Position numbers and translations under genes: made by a program. Positions 31,101 through 39,555 of a stretch of DNA of 64,000 nucleotides are shown here, piece by piece. The notes beneath the pieces were generated by a model, which was given only the letters and a program-made list of their open reading frames with translations, was not told where the DNA came from and did no database searches. Positions within the stretch are counted from its first letter, which is position 1. Each line of letters begins with the position of its first letter. Source of the stretch: Planctomycetota bacterium (GTDB lineage: Bacteria; Planctomycetota; Phycisphaerae; Phycisphaerales; UBA1924); assembly GCA_038748775.1 (NCBI GenBank), contig JBCDIT010000016.1:6600-70599 (forward strand), read 5' to 3'.

Positions 31101-31347
31101 GGCTCGGGTCTCCGGGTTGCTTCTCTTCGGCGTATTGACAGACGGGCGCGGTTCGCCCTTGGGGTGAGCGATGCCTGGACGGTCGCTTCACGGCGATTCG
31201 GGCAGCGAACCGGTCAGCCTCAGGAAGGGGCGCGGACGTACGGGCCGATCCAGGATGGGCTTGCGTTAAGCATTTAACTTCGATATCCTGTACACTACAG
31301 ACTCGGCGATTCTGCTCGAGCATTCACACCAGGTCGGAGGGGTTGCC

Positions 31348-32400
31348 ATGAGCACCAAGGGTCCCAGCTTCGCGCAACGCGCTGTTCTTTGGCTCGTCGT
31401 TATTGCGGTTGCCGCGGTGACCGGTGCGGTCGTTTGGCAGACGGGCGCGTACGCACCGCCCCCGAAGATCGCGCTCGTGGCTTCAACGGAGAGCGACTAC
31501 TGGAACGACGTCATTCTCGGGGCGCAGCACGCGGCTGCGCAGTACGACGCGGTGCTCACCGTCCACCAAGCGTCCGAGGGCGAGGGCGAGCAGACGCGCA
31601 TGCTCCGCGACCTGGCGGCCCAGAACGTCGATGGCATCGCGGTCAGCCCCCTCGATGCGAAGCGCCAGGTCACCCCGCTGAGCGAGATCGCGGCGAACAT
31701 CCCGCTGGTCACGTTCGACTCGGACAGCCCGCTCTCGGGCCGGCTCTGCTTCGTCGGCACCGACAACTACACCGCCGGCCGCCAGACCGCCCAACTCGTC
31801 CGCGAAGCGCTCCCCGAGGGCGGCACCGTCGTCATCGCGACGGGTAGCCTTGAAAAGGACAACGGACGCCTCCGTCGTCAGGGGTTGATCGATGCTCTGC
31901 TCGAGCGGTCGTTCGGCCCGGGCCGCCCGCCCGAGCCCTTGGGCGAGCCGCTCGTGGGCCCCGATTACACCGTTGTCACGACGCTTGTTGATGAAAACGA
32001 CCGCGCGCAGGCCAAGGCGAACATCGATTCAATGCTCGCGTCGGGCGAAACGCCCGACTGCATCGTCGGCCTCTATGCGTACAACGGGCCGGCCGCAGTC
32101 GACGCGTTGACCGAGGCCGGCAAACTCGACGACACCGTCGTGATCGGCTTCGACTACATCGAGGGCACACTCGAAGCGATCAAGGCGGGTCATATCTACG
32201 CGAGCATGGCCCAGGACCCGTACCACTATGGGTTCCACTCCGTCCGCATCCTGGCCGACGAAGCGCGTGGCAAGGCCCGCGCGATGCTGCCCTTGAACAC
32301 GATCATCGATATCCGGTGCTTCCCGATCCGGGCCAACAGCCTGGGTGAGTTCGAGGCGAAGCTTCAGACGAAGCGGTCGGGTGAGTGGATCCGGGACTGA
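31348..32400 (+). CDS. periplasmic-binding-protein (type I, sugar-binding-like) domain protein
   Basis: N-terminal TM, then IALVASTESDYWNDVILGAQHAA...VDGIAVSPLD and FVGTDNYTAGR, typical of the Peripla_BP_4/LacI-type fold. No ABC permease or ATPase nearby. Confidence 0.7.
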   Translation: MSTKGPSFAQRAVLWLVVIAVAAVTGAVVWQTGAYAPPPKIALVASTESDYWNDVILGAQHAAAQYDAVLTVHQASEGEGEQTRMLRDLAAQNVDGIAVSPLDAKRQVTPLSEIAANIPLVTFDSDSPLSGRLCFVGTDNYTAGRQTAQLVREALPEGGTVVIATGSLEKDNGRLRRQGLIDALLERSFGPGRPPEPLGEPLVGPDYTVVTTLVDENDRAQAKANIDSMLASGETPDCIVGLYAYNGPAAVDALTEAGKLDDTVVIGFDYIEGTLEAIKAGHIYASMAQDPYHYGFHSVRILADEARGKARAMLPLNTIIDIRCFPIRANSLGEFEAKLQTKRSGEWIRD

Positions 32401-32485
32401 CGCGGCTCACCGTTACCGCCGATTTCTCGACGATGAAAGGTCTCGGACGAGGCTCGCTGTCTGTCCGCCGCGCGATGGCGCCCGC

Positions 32486-33688
32486 TTACTGAAGTGTTCG
32501 CATCCAGTGGTCCAATGCCGCGCCTTGGGTGTCGGCGGTCGGACGGAAGAAGGCGGAATGGACGCCGTATTTCAGTCTGAGCTGTTCAAACAGGTTGAGG
32601 TTGCAAAGGCTTGGGTCCCAGGTGGCAGATCCGTATGAGGTATCCGGTGACATCGACGCCGCGCCGCCACCGGCTTCGAACCGCGACGACATCGGGTCCG
32701 GCTCAGATTCGTAGTTCGTCCATCGGCGTACGGCGCCGGGGATGACTTCGCGGTCTCGGTAGAACCCGGGAAACAACGACGCAATGAGATCATACGGGTG
32801 ACCAAAAGTCGCAAGCTCGTACGTGACATCATCGCGGAAGTGCTCGGATCGGCTGATGTACTCCGTTGCGGCGATCGCGCCCATGCTAAAGCCGAGGAGA
32901 TGGATCGGACTGCTCAGGTCGGTCGTAGGGCTCGAGTCGACGATGATGTCGATCGCCGTTCGCACGCACTTCGCGATACGCCGAGATGAACGACTGAACG
33001 GCGAGCGGAGCAGCGAGACAAGCGACACGAATTCCGACGATGCCTTTCCCGTCGCTCGGAACAACTGAGGCCACGCAAATCGCAGGATGATCCCGATCGC
33101 GCCGACGCCCGCGAATGCCGTCACCACCGGATTCTCCGCGACGTCCAGCCCTTCGAGCAGCGGAACTTGATCGAGCAACGCCACCACGCCAAAGGCGGCC
33201 GCGAGCGCGAGCAGCATCGCCAAGACGCCGCTCGCGAAGAGTATGAAGATGTACGCGATCGTCAGCGGCTTCGAGGGTCCTCGGACCAGCAAACGGGCGA
33301 TACGCCAGGTTTCCGTGAGTGGGGCGATGTTCCTGAAAAGCCCGGCGACGCCCTCGACCTTTGTGTTGCCCTCGAGGCACGCGAGCACGCTGAGTGAGTG
33401 AACCGTCGCGAACGCTTGATTCTTGCGCCGGATCGATGCCCGTTGCACGACAGTTCCGTCAGGCAGCACGAGCGAAGATCGGTCCGAGACTTCGAACGTA
33501 CCTCCCAAGACCCGCTTGCCGGCGCTCGCGATGCGATGGGCAACAGTGCTTGCTGATTGGTCGAGAATCTTCTCCGACACCATGCCCTGGATGAACAAGA
33601 TGCGCATGGGTGTCGACAAGGCGGGCGTTCTGTCCGACGGCTGGTTCATCTTGGGCGAAGCGTAACCCGGGACCGGACGTTGAGTCAC
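32486..33688 (-). CDS. membrane protein with lipase/esterase-like GxSxG site
   Basis: 400-aa ORF with central TM helices (IAYIFILFASGVLAMLLALAAAFGVVALL, FAGVGAIGIILRF) and a nucleophile elbow IHLLGFSMGAIAATEY. Lower G+C. Start uncertain. Confidence 0.5.
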   Translation of the reverse strand: MTQRPVPGYASPKMNQPSDRTPALSTPMRILFIQGMVSEKILDQSASTVAHRIASAGKRVLGGTFEVSDRSSLVLPDGTVVQRASIRRKNQAFATVHSLSVLACLEGNTKVEGVAGLFRNIAPLTETWRIARLLVRGPSKPLTIAYIFILFASGVLAMLLALAAAFGVVALLDQVPLLEGLDVAENPVVTAFAGVGAIGIILRFAWPQLFRATGKASSEFVSLVSLLRSPFSRSSRRIAKCVRTAIDIIVDSSPTTDLSSPIHLLGFSMGAIAATEYISRSEHFRDDVTYELATFGHPYDLIASLFPGFYRDREVIPGAVRRWTNYESEPDPMSSRFEAGGGAASMSPDTSYGSATWDPSLCNLNLFEQLRLKYGVHSAFFRPTADTQGAALDHWMRTLQ

Positions 33689-33778
33689 CGAACCTCGAAT
33701 TCAAAGGCAATCGACGAGACGATTCGTTGTGCGTGCATCGACCTCGCTGACGTCCAGGACGCGAAGGGGCTTGGCGGG

Positions 33779-33883
33779 GTCCGAAGGGCAAGCCTTGCGG
33801 ACCGTTGCGGGACGCCTGCCCAAACCGAATCTGGAGTGATCGTCGCCTTGGCCGGCAGGTTCTGCAAGCCAGATCCAGGCATC
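33779..33883. repeat. degenerate copy of the ~125-nt palindromic repeat unit
   Basis: TCCGAAGGGCAAGCCTTGCGGACCGTTGCGGGACGCCTGCCC...TCTGCAAGCCAGATCC aligns by eye with the unit at 36147-36269. Confidence 0.45.
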
Positions 33884-34116
33884 TTCGGTCGGCGATTTGA
33901 AATCGCGGTCTTGCCGTGGTCTCGGCCGACGCGCACCTCAGGAGTTCTTCGTTGTATCACCTCAGATGTCCGGTTTGTCGCTCAACTCGGGTCCGCCCTA
34001 CTTTCTGCGGTTGCACCCGAGTTTGTGCTGGTATCCCACCCATGACTCGATACCGTGGAACCTTGGGTGGCTCTGAGTTCACGCCGCCCGATTCGAAGTC
34101 GCTGGGGAGCGAATAG

Positions 34117-34824
34117 ATGAAGAAGCTTTCTCTTGGTGTCGTCGCGATGGCGGCGTCCGTGCTGTCGGCGGCGCCGACGACGTTCTTTGGTTTGGATGCC
34201 GGGGTCAATCCAACAGATCCGCGGCCGCGCTCCGATGCCGCGCGTGATCGTTTCCTGAACGCGGCCGGGTCCGTTTCCACGCTGACCTACGACGGTCTGA
34301 GCACGACGGCGAATGACACGTCTGCGAAGAACGTCGGGCTCGGAGTGCTGATGTCGGTCTCCGGCGATATGCGGAGCGGCATCCGCTCGACGCCCGGGTC
34401 GGCCTCGAACGGTTTCCGGACTTCGGGTGCGAACCGTTTCTTCCTGAGCGATACTAATGGAGCGATGGGCGGGGCGCCGGTGCTCACGATCGATTTCGCG
34501 GCGCCGGTCGATTCGTTCGGCAGCTACTTCACCGGGCTCAGCACCGCCGGCGGCAACACCCTGACGCTGACGTACTCCGATGGCGGGGTCGAACAACTTT
34601 CGTTGTCTGGCGCGCTGACCGGCGGGTCGCTCTACTTCGGGTTTGTCGACGCTGGCCGGAGCATCTCGCAGCTGCGCATCTCGTCGGCCAACGCGGGCGA
34701 CAGTTTCTCTCTCGACGACACGTCATTCCGCCTCACGTCGGCCCCCATCCCGCTGCCGACCGCATCGGCGATGGGGCTCGTGGGTCTCTCGCTCGTCGGG
34801 TTCGGTCGCCGTCGTTCAACTTGA
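34117..34824 (+). CDS. PEP-CTERM-anchored secreted protein
   Basis: Signal peptide MKKLSLGVVAMAASVLSA and C-terminus APIPLPTASAMGLVGLSLVGFGRRRST. Confidence 0.7.
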   Translation: MKKLSLGVVAMAASVLSAAPTTFFGLDAGVNPTDPRPRSDAARDRFLNAAGSVSTLTYDGLSTTANDTSAKNVGLGVLMSVSGDMRSGIRSTPGSASNGFRTSGANRFFLSDTNGAMGGAPVLTIDFAAPVDSFGSYFTGLSTAGGNTLTLTYSDGGVEQLSLSGALTGGSLYFGFVDAGRSISQLRISSANAGDSFSLDDTSFRLTSAPIPLPTASAMGLVGLSLVGFGRRRST

Positions 34825-34923
34825 TCGCGTGCGGCCGCGAGGTCCAAGGTGTGCATCCGAGACTCGTGCGCTGACGGCGCCAACCGACACCGGTCGACGA
34901 CACGGCCGTGAGGGGTGAGACGC

Positions 34924-35051
34924 GGGTGCCACGGGTCGACCCGAAGGACAACCCGTGAGGTCCCTCGTGGCACGTGTGTCCGACCGGTGTTTCTGGGGTG
35001 GTCGCCGTCTCGGACGGCACGGTTTGCCCTTCGGGTCAAACCGTGGCACCC
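34924..35051. repeat. 128-nt palindromic (REP/BIME-like) unit
   Basis: Bounded by GGGTGCCACGG (34924-34934) and CCGTGGCACCC (35041-35051). Internal hairpin CACGGTTTG...CAAACCGTG. It ends exactly at the RAYT stop codon. Confidence 0.75.
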
Positions 35052-35648
35052 TCAGTCGGAGACCTCGCGTGACGGTGGTGGGGGAGACGACCGGTGGTCG
35101 ATGTCGGGCCACAACGTGTCCATGCGCTTCCACGCCCTCGCGGACGACCACGGCCAGTCGGTCGAAACTTCGACCAATCCTCGGCGCACTGGGTTGTCGT
35201 GGATGTACCCGATCTTCTCGACCAGCTCGTCCTCGCTGAAGATGTTCCGGTCGTACCCACCGCCCGCCTGCCAGAACCGGTCCCCGGTCGCAAGGCCCCG
35301 CTCGCGACCAAGCCTTCGGACGCTCGTCGCGACGGGCCGCTTGATCGCGCTCAAGATCCGCGCCACGTCCGCCCCCTCGGGCAGATCGGGCATCACGAGC
35401 AGGTGCACGTGCTCGGGCATCACCACCCACGCGAAGAGTCGGAACCCGAGCCGTGTGCGGGTCCACGCGAGTTGATCGGCGAACACGGTGCGTCCGTGCT
35501 CGTCGAGCGTCGGTTCACGCCGGTACGTCGAGAACGTCAGAAACCGAGCATGCCCCGGGATCTCGTACCGACGGAGTGTCTTGCGGATCGACACGCAAAG
35601 AGCGAACCACGATCCAAGCCCAATGTCAACGACGCGGCCAAGTTCCAC
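35052..35648 (-). CDS. REP-associated tyrosine transposase (IS200/IS605-type Y1 family)
   Basis: HUH motif VVMPEHVHLLV and catalytic-Tyr motif IGYIHDNPVRRGLV, with flanking REP-like hairpins. Possibly starts at a downstream codon. Confidence 0.8.
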   Translation of the reverse strand: MELGRVVDIGLGSWFALCVSIRKTLRRYEIPGHARFLTFSTYRREPTLDEHGRTVFADQLAWTRTRLGFRLFAWVVMPEHVHLLVMPDLPEGADVARILSAIKRPVATSVRRLGRERGLATGDRFWQAGGGYDRNIFSEDELVEKIGYIHDNPVRRGLVEVSTDWPWSSARAWKRMDTLWPDIDHRSSPPPPSREVSD

Positions 35649-35691
35649 ATGTCTGTGTCCCCACCCGGCCGAAGCGAGGATCCCCGCCCAA

Positions 35692-36311
35692 GGGTGCCAC
35701 GGCTTGACCCGAAGGGCAAGCCGTGCGGTCCGTCGCGGGACGCGTGTCCGAACGGTGTTTCTGGGATAGTCGCCGCCTCGGACGGCACGGTCTGCAAGTC
35801 AGACCGTGGCACCCTTGGTTCGGTGTCTGCGGCGACGATCAAGCAGTGGCACCCGGCTGCCGCCTCGAACGGCACGGTCTGCAAGTCAGACCGTGGCACC
35901 CTTGGCTTGACGACGGCGGTGACGGCCAAGCAGTGGCACCTGGCGGGATGCGTGTCCGACCGGTGTTTCTGGGGTGGTTGCCGCTTCGGACGGCACGGTC
36001 TGTAAGTCAGACCGTGGCACCCTTGGTTTCGGGGTCTGTGGTGACGGTCAACCAGTGGCACCCGGCACCCTTGGTTCGGCGTCTGTGGTGACGGCCAAGC
36101 AGTGGCACCCGGCCATCACCCAACCGAAGCGAGGGCCTCCATCAAAGGGTGCCACTGCTTGACCCGAAGGGCAAGCCGTGCGGTCCGTTGCGGGACGCGT
36201 GCCCGAGCGGTGTTTCTGGGGTGGTCGCCGCCCTGGACGGCACGGTCTGCAAGTCAGACCGTGGCACCCTTGGTTCGGCGTCTGTGGTGACGGCCAAGCA
36301 GTGGCACCCGG
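35692..36311. repeat. array of REP/BIME-like repeats (two unit types)
   Basis: Full ~123-nt units at 35692-35814 and 36147-36269, and 3' partial units at ~35858-35901 and 35950-36022. Five ~40-nt units ending CAGTGGCACC(C/T)GG lie at ~35815-35856, 35902-35943, 36023-36065, 36066-36112 and 36270-36311. Recurrent hairpin CACGGTCTG-CAAGT-CAGACCGTG. Confidence 0.8.
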
Positions 36312-36412
36312 CACCACCGGTAGCGCGTCGCGTGTGAACGCCAGTTTGTTCGGGATTCGAGGGGAATCGTCTTGGCGGTCATGGATTCGGGGCCGCGATG
36401 CCGATATGCTGA

Positions 36413-37168
36413 ATGCTATCGAGCAAAAAACTGGGCAGGAGATCGCCATTGCTTGACCAGATCATCGACCCGTTCGCATTCAGGTCCATCTCACGCTGGG
36501 GCATTCGGACCGGATTTGGAACCGCGTTGTTGGACTCATGTGAGTTGGCAGCGAGTTGCTTGGAAGAGATGAAGACCGGGCGGGTGGGTAGTCGGACAGC
36601 ACGCAATCGATTGCAGGAAGTGTCGTCCGACACATTGGCTGACTTCGTCCTCTCTGATGATCTAGCCAACCCTTGGGTCCCCAGGCCCTTGGCCGGGGGA
36701 GGGCACGAGTTCGTGATGCCAGGCGTTTGCGTGGTCCGACTCAAGGCAATCCACTCGGAAACCCATGCAGTGAGCGGCGCGAACGTTCATACGGGGCTGG
36801 GATTCCGTTTCGCCCAGCACACAGGTCCGACGTGGAATCAGCAACTTCCGCTCTTCGAGGGGCCTGTGACGCGAGCGATGCTCAGCGGGTGGCGAAAGAG
36901 CCGTGTTACAGAGTTCGCCGATCTCTGCGTACTTACGCTCGGCATGGATATGCGGCCGGATGCGGAGGACGGATGGCGAGGCTGCGTGTTTGAGAACGTG
37001 ATCGTTGCGTACAGAGCGCCCGTGAACCAGACGATTTGGTCATTCTCGGCGCGTGAGTTGCTCGGTCGGACGGTTGCGCAGGTCGAAGATGAGTTGGATC
37101 TGACCCAGCCGGCAACCGTCCGTGTGTTGGATGACGCGGCGGAGCTTCGTCGCAAGTACGGCGCCTAA
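36413..37168 (+). CDS. hypothetical protein (no recognisable family)
   Basis: 251-aa ATG-initiated ORF, 40 nt upstream of the XRE-ImmA gene on the same strand. Visibly lower G+C than core genes. Confidence 0.5.
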   Translation: MLSSKKLGRRSPLLDQIIDPFAFRSISRWGIRTGFGTALLDSCELAASCLEEMKTGRVGSRTARNRLQEVSSDTLADFVLSDDLANPWVPRPLAGGGHEFVMPGVCVVRLKAIHSETHAVSGANVHTGLGFRFAQHTGPTWNQQLPLFEGPVTRAMLSGWRKSRVTEFADLCVLTLGMDMRPDAEDGWRGCVFENVIVAYRAPVNQTIWSFSARELLGRTVAQVEDELDLTQPATVRVLDDAAELRRKYGA

Positions 37169-37208
37169 GGCCGATCCGCGTTCATCGCGCGTAGAGGGGA
37201 ACTGAGCG

Positions 37209-38285
37209 ATGATTAACAGTGAGTGGTTTGTAGTTGCGCGCCAAGCCAGCGGCATGTCGCAATCCGCGGTTGCGAAGACGACAGGAATTTCTTCCGCACG
37301 GTTATCGCGGATAGAAAACGGACTGCTCATTCCTGCAGTCCACGAGATTGATGCGATCGCCGCAGCGCTCGGAGTTCGTCGAGAGTTGTTTTCTGACTCG
37401 TCGACGATCCGTGGGCCTGGGACGTCAGTCGTCCACCATCGCGCGCTTCGTCGGGCCCGACGTCGCGATGTCGAGCGCGTGCATGCGAGAATGGCGCTTT
37501 TTGATTTGCAGTTGAGACGACTGCTTCGGCATGTTGAGCCGGAACACGACGGCGAGTTGATACCCGATCTGTCGATTGCAACGTTCGACGATGATGGGGC
37601 CGAGATTGCCCGCGAAGCGAGGTCGATCTTGCGGTTACCACCCGGACCCGTAAAAACTCCAAGTCGTGTCATTGAACGAAGCGGTGGAATAGTCGTTGAA
37701 GCCCGGTTCTTGACGGACGCTGTGAGCGCCATCTATCGCCTTACGCCAGAGCTTCCCCCGATGTTCTTTATCAACTATGTACACCCTGGCGATCGAACTC
37801 GCTTTAGCCTTGCCCATGAATTGGGGCATGCAGTAATGCACCGTCACATTGGAGCTGATGATGATCGGGTCGAACAACAGGCGGATGCATTTGCTGGCGA
37901 GTTTCTTGTTCCCAGAGACTGGTTGGTCGATCGTGTCCGTTCCGCGGTTACGGTCTCGCTGCTGTGTGATCTCAAGCAGGAAACTGGATTTTCGATTGCG
38001 ATGCTCGCGCGGCAGACAGCCAACGCTGGATTGATCAGCCCGCGACGTTTTCAGAACATCATGATCGAGTTGTCGAAGCGAGGGTGGCGAACCAGAGAAC
38101 CAATCGACGTTCCTCGTGAAACTCCGGAGTTGTTTAGAGGCATGGTCGGGTCACTGCGGCACGACCTCGGTTACCAGCAGGCCGAGATTGAGCACGTATT
38201 GCTCCGCGACGATCGCGCACGACAAGACGACGAGTTCCTGGTTGCGATTTCGGACGATGACGGTCCTCGATTGCGACTCGTTTAA
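37209..38285 (+). CDS. XRE-family HTH fused to ImmA/IrrE (M78, COG2856) zinc metallopeptidase
   Basis: N-terminal HTH ([29 protein letters not shown]) and HEXXH in [13 protein letters not shown], followed by a ~130-aa C-terminal region. Confidence 0.8.
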   Translation: MINSEWFVVARQASGMSQSAVAKTTGISSARLSRIENGLLIPAVHEIDAIAAALGVRRELFSDSSTIRGPGTSVVHHRALRRARRRDVERVHARMALFDLQLRRLLRHVEPEHDGELIPDLSIATFDDDGAEIAREARSILRLPPGPVKTPSRVIERSGGIVVEARFLTDAVSAIYRLTPELPPMFFINYVHPGDRTRFSLAHELGHAVMHRHIGADDDRVEQQADAFAGEFLVPRDWLVDRVRSAVTVSLLCDLKQETGFSIAMLARQTANAGLISPRRFQNIMIELSKRGWRTREPIDVPRETPELFRGMVGSLRHDLGYQQAEIEHVLLRDDRARQDDEFLVAISDDDGPRLRLV

Positions 38286-38520
38286 CCCATGTGCTTCACA
38301 ATCGCCGCCCCGAACTCCGAGCATTTCAGAAGCGTCGCACCCTCCATCAATCGCTCGAAGTCGTAGGTCACCGTCTTCGCCGTGATCACCCCCTCGATCC
38401 CCTTCACAATCAGGTCCGCGGCCTCCTGTCAGCCTATGTGCTCGAGCACCAAGACACCCGAGAGGATGACCGAGCCAGGGTGCACCTTGTCCTGGCCAAC
38501 GCACTTAGGGGACGTGCCGC
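38282..38520 (-). pseudogene. duplicated 3'-terminal fragment of isocitrate dehydrogenase gene (icd')
   Basis: Aligns by eye with 39555-39793 (roughly 85 % nt identity). It translates to [77 protein letters not shown], with TGG>TGA at 38429-38431. Homology stops at the stop codon. Confidence 0.8.
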
Positions 38521-38601
38521 CGGCGGGCGTGCGCGCTGTTCCTCAACGACAACGGCCCGAGCCTGGGCCCGGGCCGCGTCGGTGGCGTTTGAGTTGTGCG
38601 A

Positions 38602-39384
38602 TCAGCGGCGGCGGCGGGCGGCGGTGAGGCCGGCGAGGGCGAGGGCGGTGGCTCCGCTGGGGGGCGGGACGGTGGCGAAGAACTCGAATCCCTGGTGGAA
38701 GCCGATGTTGGCGTATCCGGCGGGGACGGAGCCGTCGCCGGTGAAGGGGACGAAGACCTCGACGGGGCTTCCGGCGTTGACGGCGGCGACCTGGACTTCC
38801 ACGCCGCTGAAGCCGGGGCTGGGCAGGAAGGCGTTGAACTCGAGGGCGAGGCCGGTGCGGATGGAGAAGGCGATGTCGGCGGACGAGACGGTGATGATGA
38901 AGCCGTCGGCCTGGCCGCCGCGGGTGTAGTCGACGCTCTGTCCGTGGCCGCGGCGTTCGAGGGTGCCGACCTGGGTGTCGTTGCCCCCTGGCGCCGATGA
39001 CGTGGCTATCTCCTGCCAGGACATGGCGGCTCGGAAGATGTCGGCGTCGTTTCGCGACGTGATACGGAAGGTGCCGTCGTTGACTTCGACGGACTGGTCG
39101 ACGGGGGCGCCGGTGAAGGCGTTGGTGGCGTTGTTGACAAAGAAGGAACCAACGAGGCGGTGGCCACCGAACTCGGCGGGGCCGGCGAGCGTCGTGGTGG
39201 CGGCGACCGAGGTGGCTGGCTGGACCGGTGCCATTTCGGTGAAGACGTTGCCGGCGGAGAAGTCGTCGATGAGATCGAGCTTCGTGCCGTTTGAATTGCC
39301 GAAGTGGATCGACTGGATTTCGATCGTCGCGGCGTGTGCGGGCGCAACGATCGCCAGGACGGACATGACAACTGCTCGGTGCAT
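38602..39384 (-). CDS. PEP-CTERM-anchored secreted protein
   Basis: ATG at 39384 (MHRAVVMSVLAIVAPAHA) and C-terminus VPPPSGATALALAGLTAARRRR. Confidence 0.7.
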   Translation of the reverse strand: MHRAVVMSVLAIVAPAHAATIEIQSIHFGNSNGTKLDLIDDFSAGNVFTEMAPVQPATSVAATTTLAGPAEFGGHRLVGSFFVNNATNAFTGAPVDQSVEVNDGTFRITSRNDADIFRAAMSWQEIATSSAPGGNDTQVGTLERRGHGQSVDYTRGGQADGFIITVSSADIAFSIRTGLALEFNAFLPSPGFSGVEVQVAAVNAGSPVEVFVPFTGDGSVPAGYANIGFHQGFEFFATVPPPSGATALALAGLTAARRRR

Positions 39385-39555
39385 GGGTCTCTCTCCTTGG
39401 TCTGTGCTCTCTCTGCGACTCTCTTCGTCCGCCTTGGGAGGCAGACTGTGCGGCGAATATAGCAACCCCCGTTCCGGGATGCAGGGGTATCCCGAGACGG
39501 GGGTTGCTGTTGACGGGTGGATCCGTGTTGGCTGGTTGGCGCGGTCGGGCTGTGA

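Larger units (their letters stand above)
34924..36311 (-). mobile_element. RAYT-REP locus (domesticated Y1 transposase plus flanking structured repeats)
   Basis: Y1 transposase-like ORF bracketed by same-orientation copies of one palindromic element, with a further array on its upstream side. Confidence 0.7.

Noticed and set aside
35692-36311. Possible CRISPR array
   Set aside because: The repeats are of two different lengths, partly truncated, directly abutting rather than separated by unique spacers of constant size, and strongly palindromic. No cas genes are present, and an adjacent Y1 transposase fits the REP interpretation.
35094-36456. Several 60-300-aa ORFs on both strands with internally repeated peptides (for example GTVCKSDRGTLG)
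   Set aside because: They run through the REP/BIME-like array, so the peptide repeats are a by-product of the DNA repeats. There is no independent coding signal.
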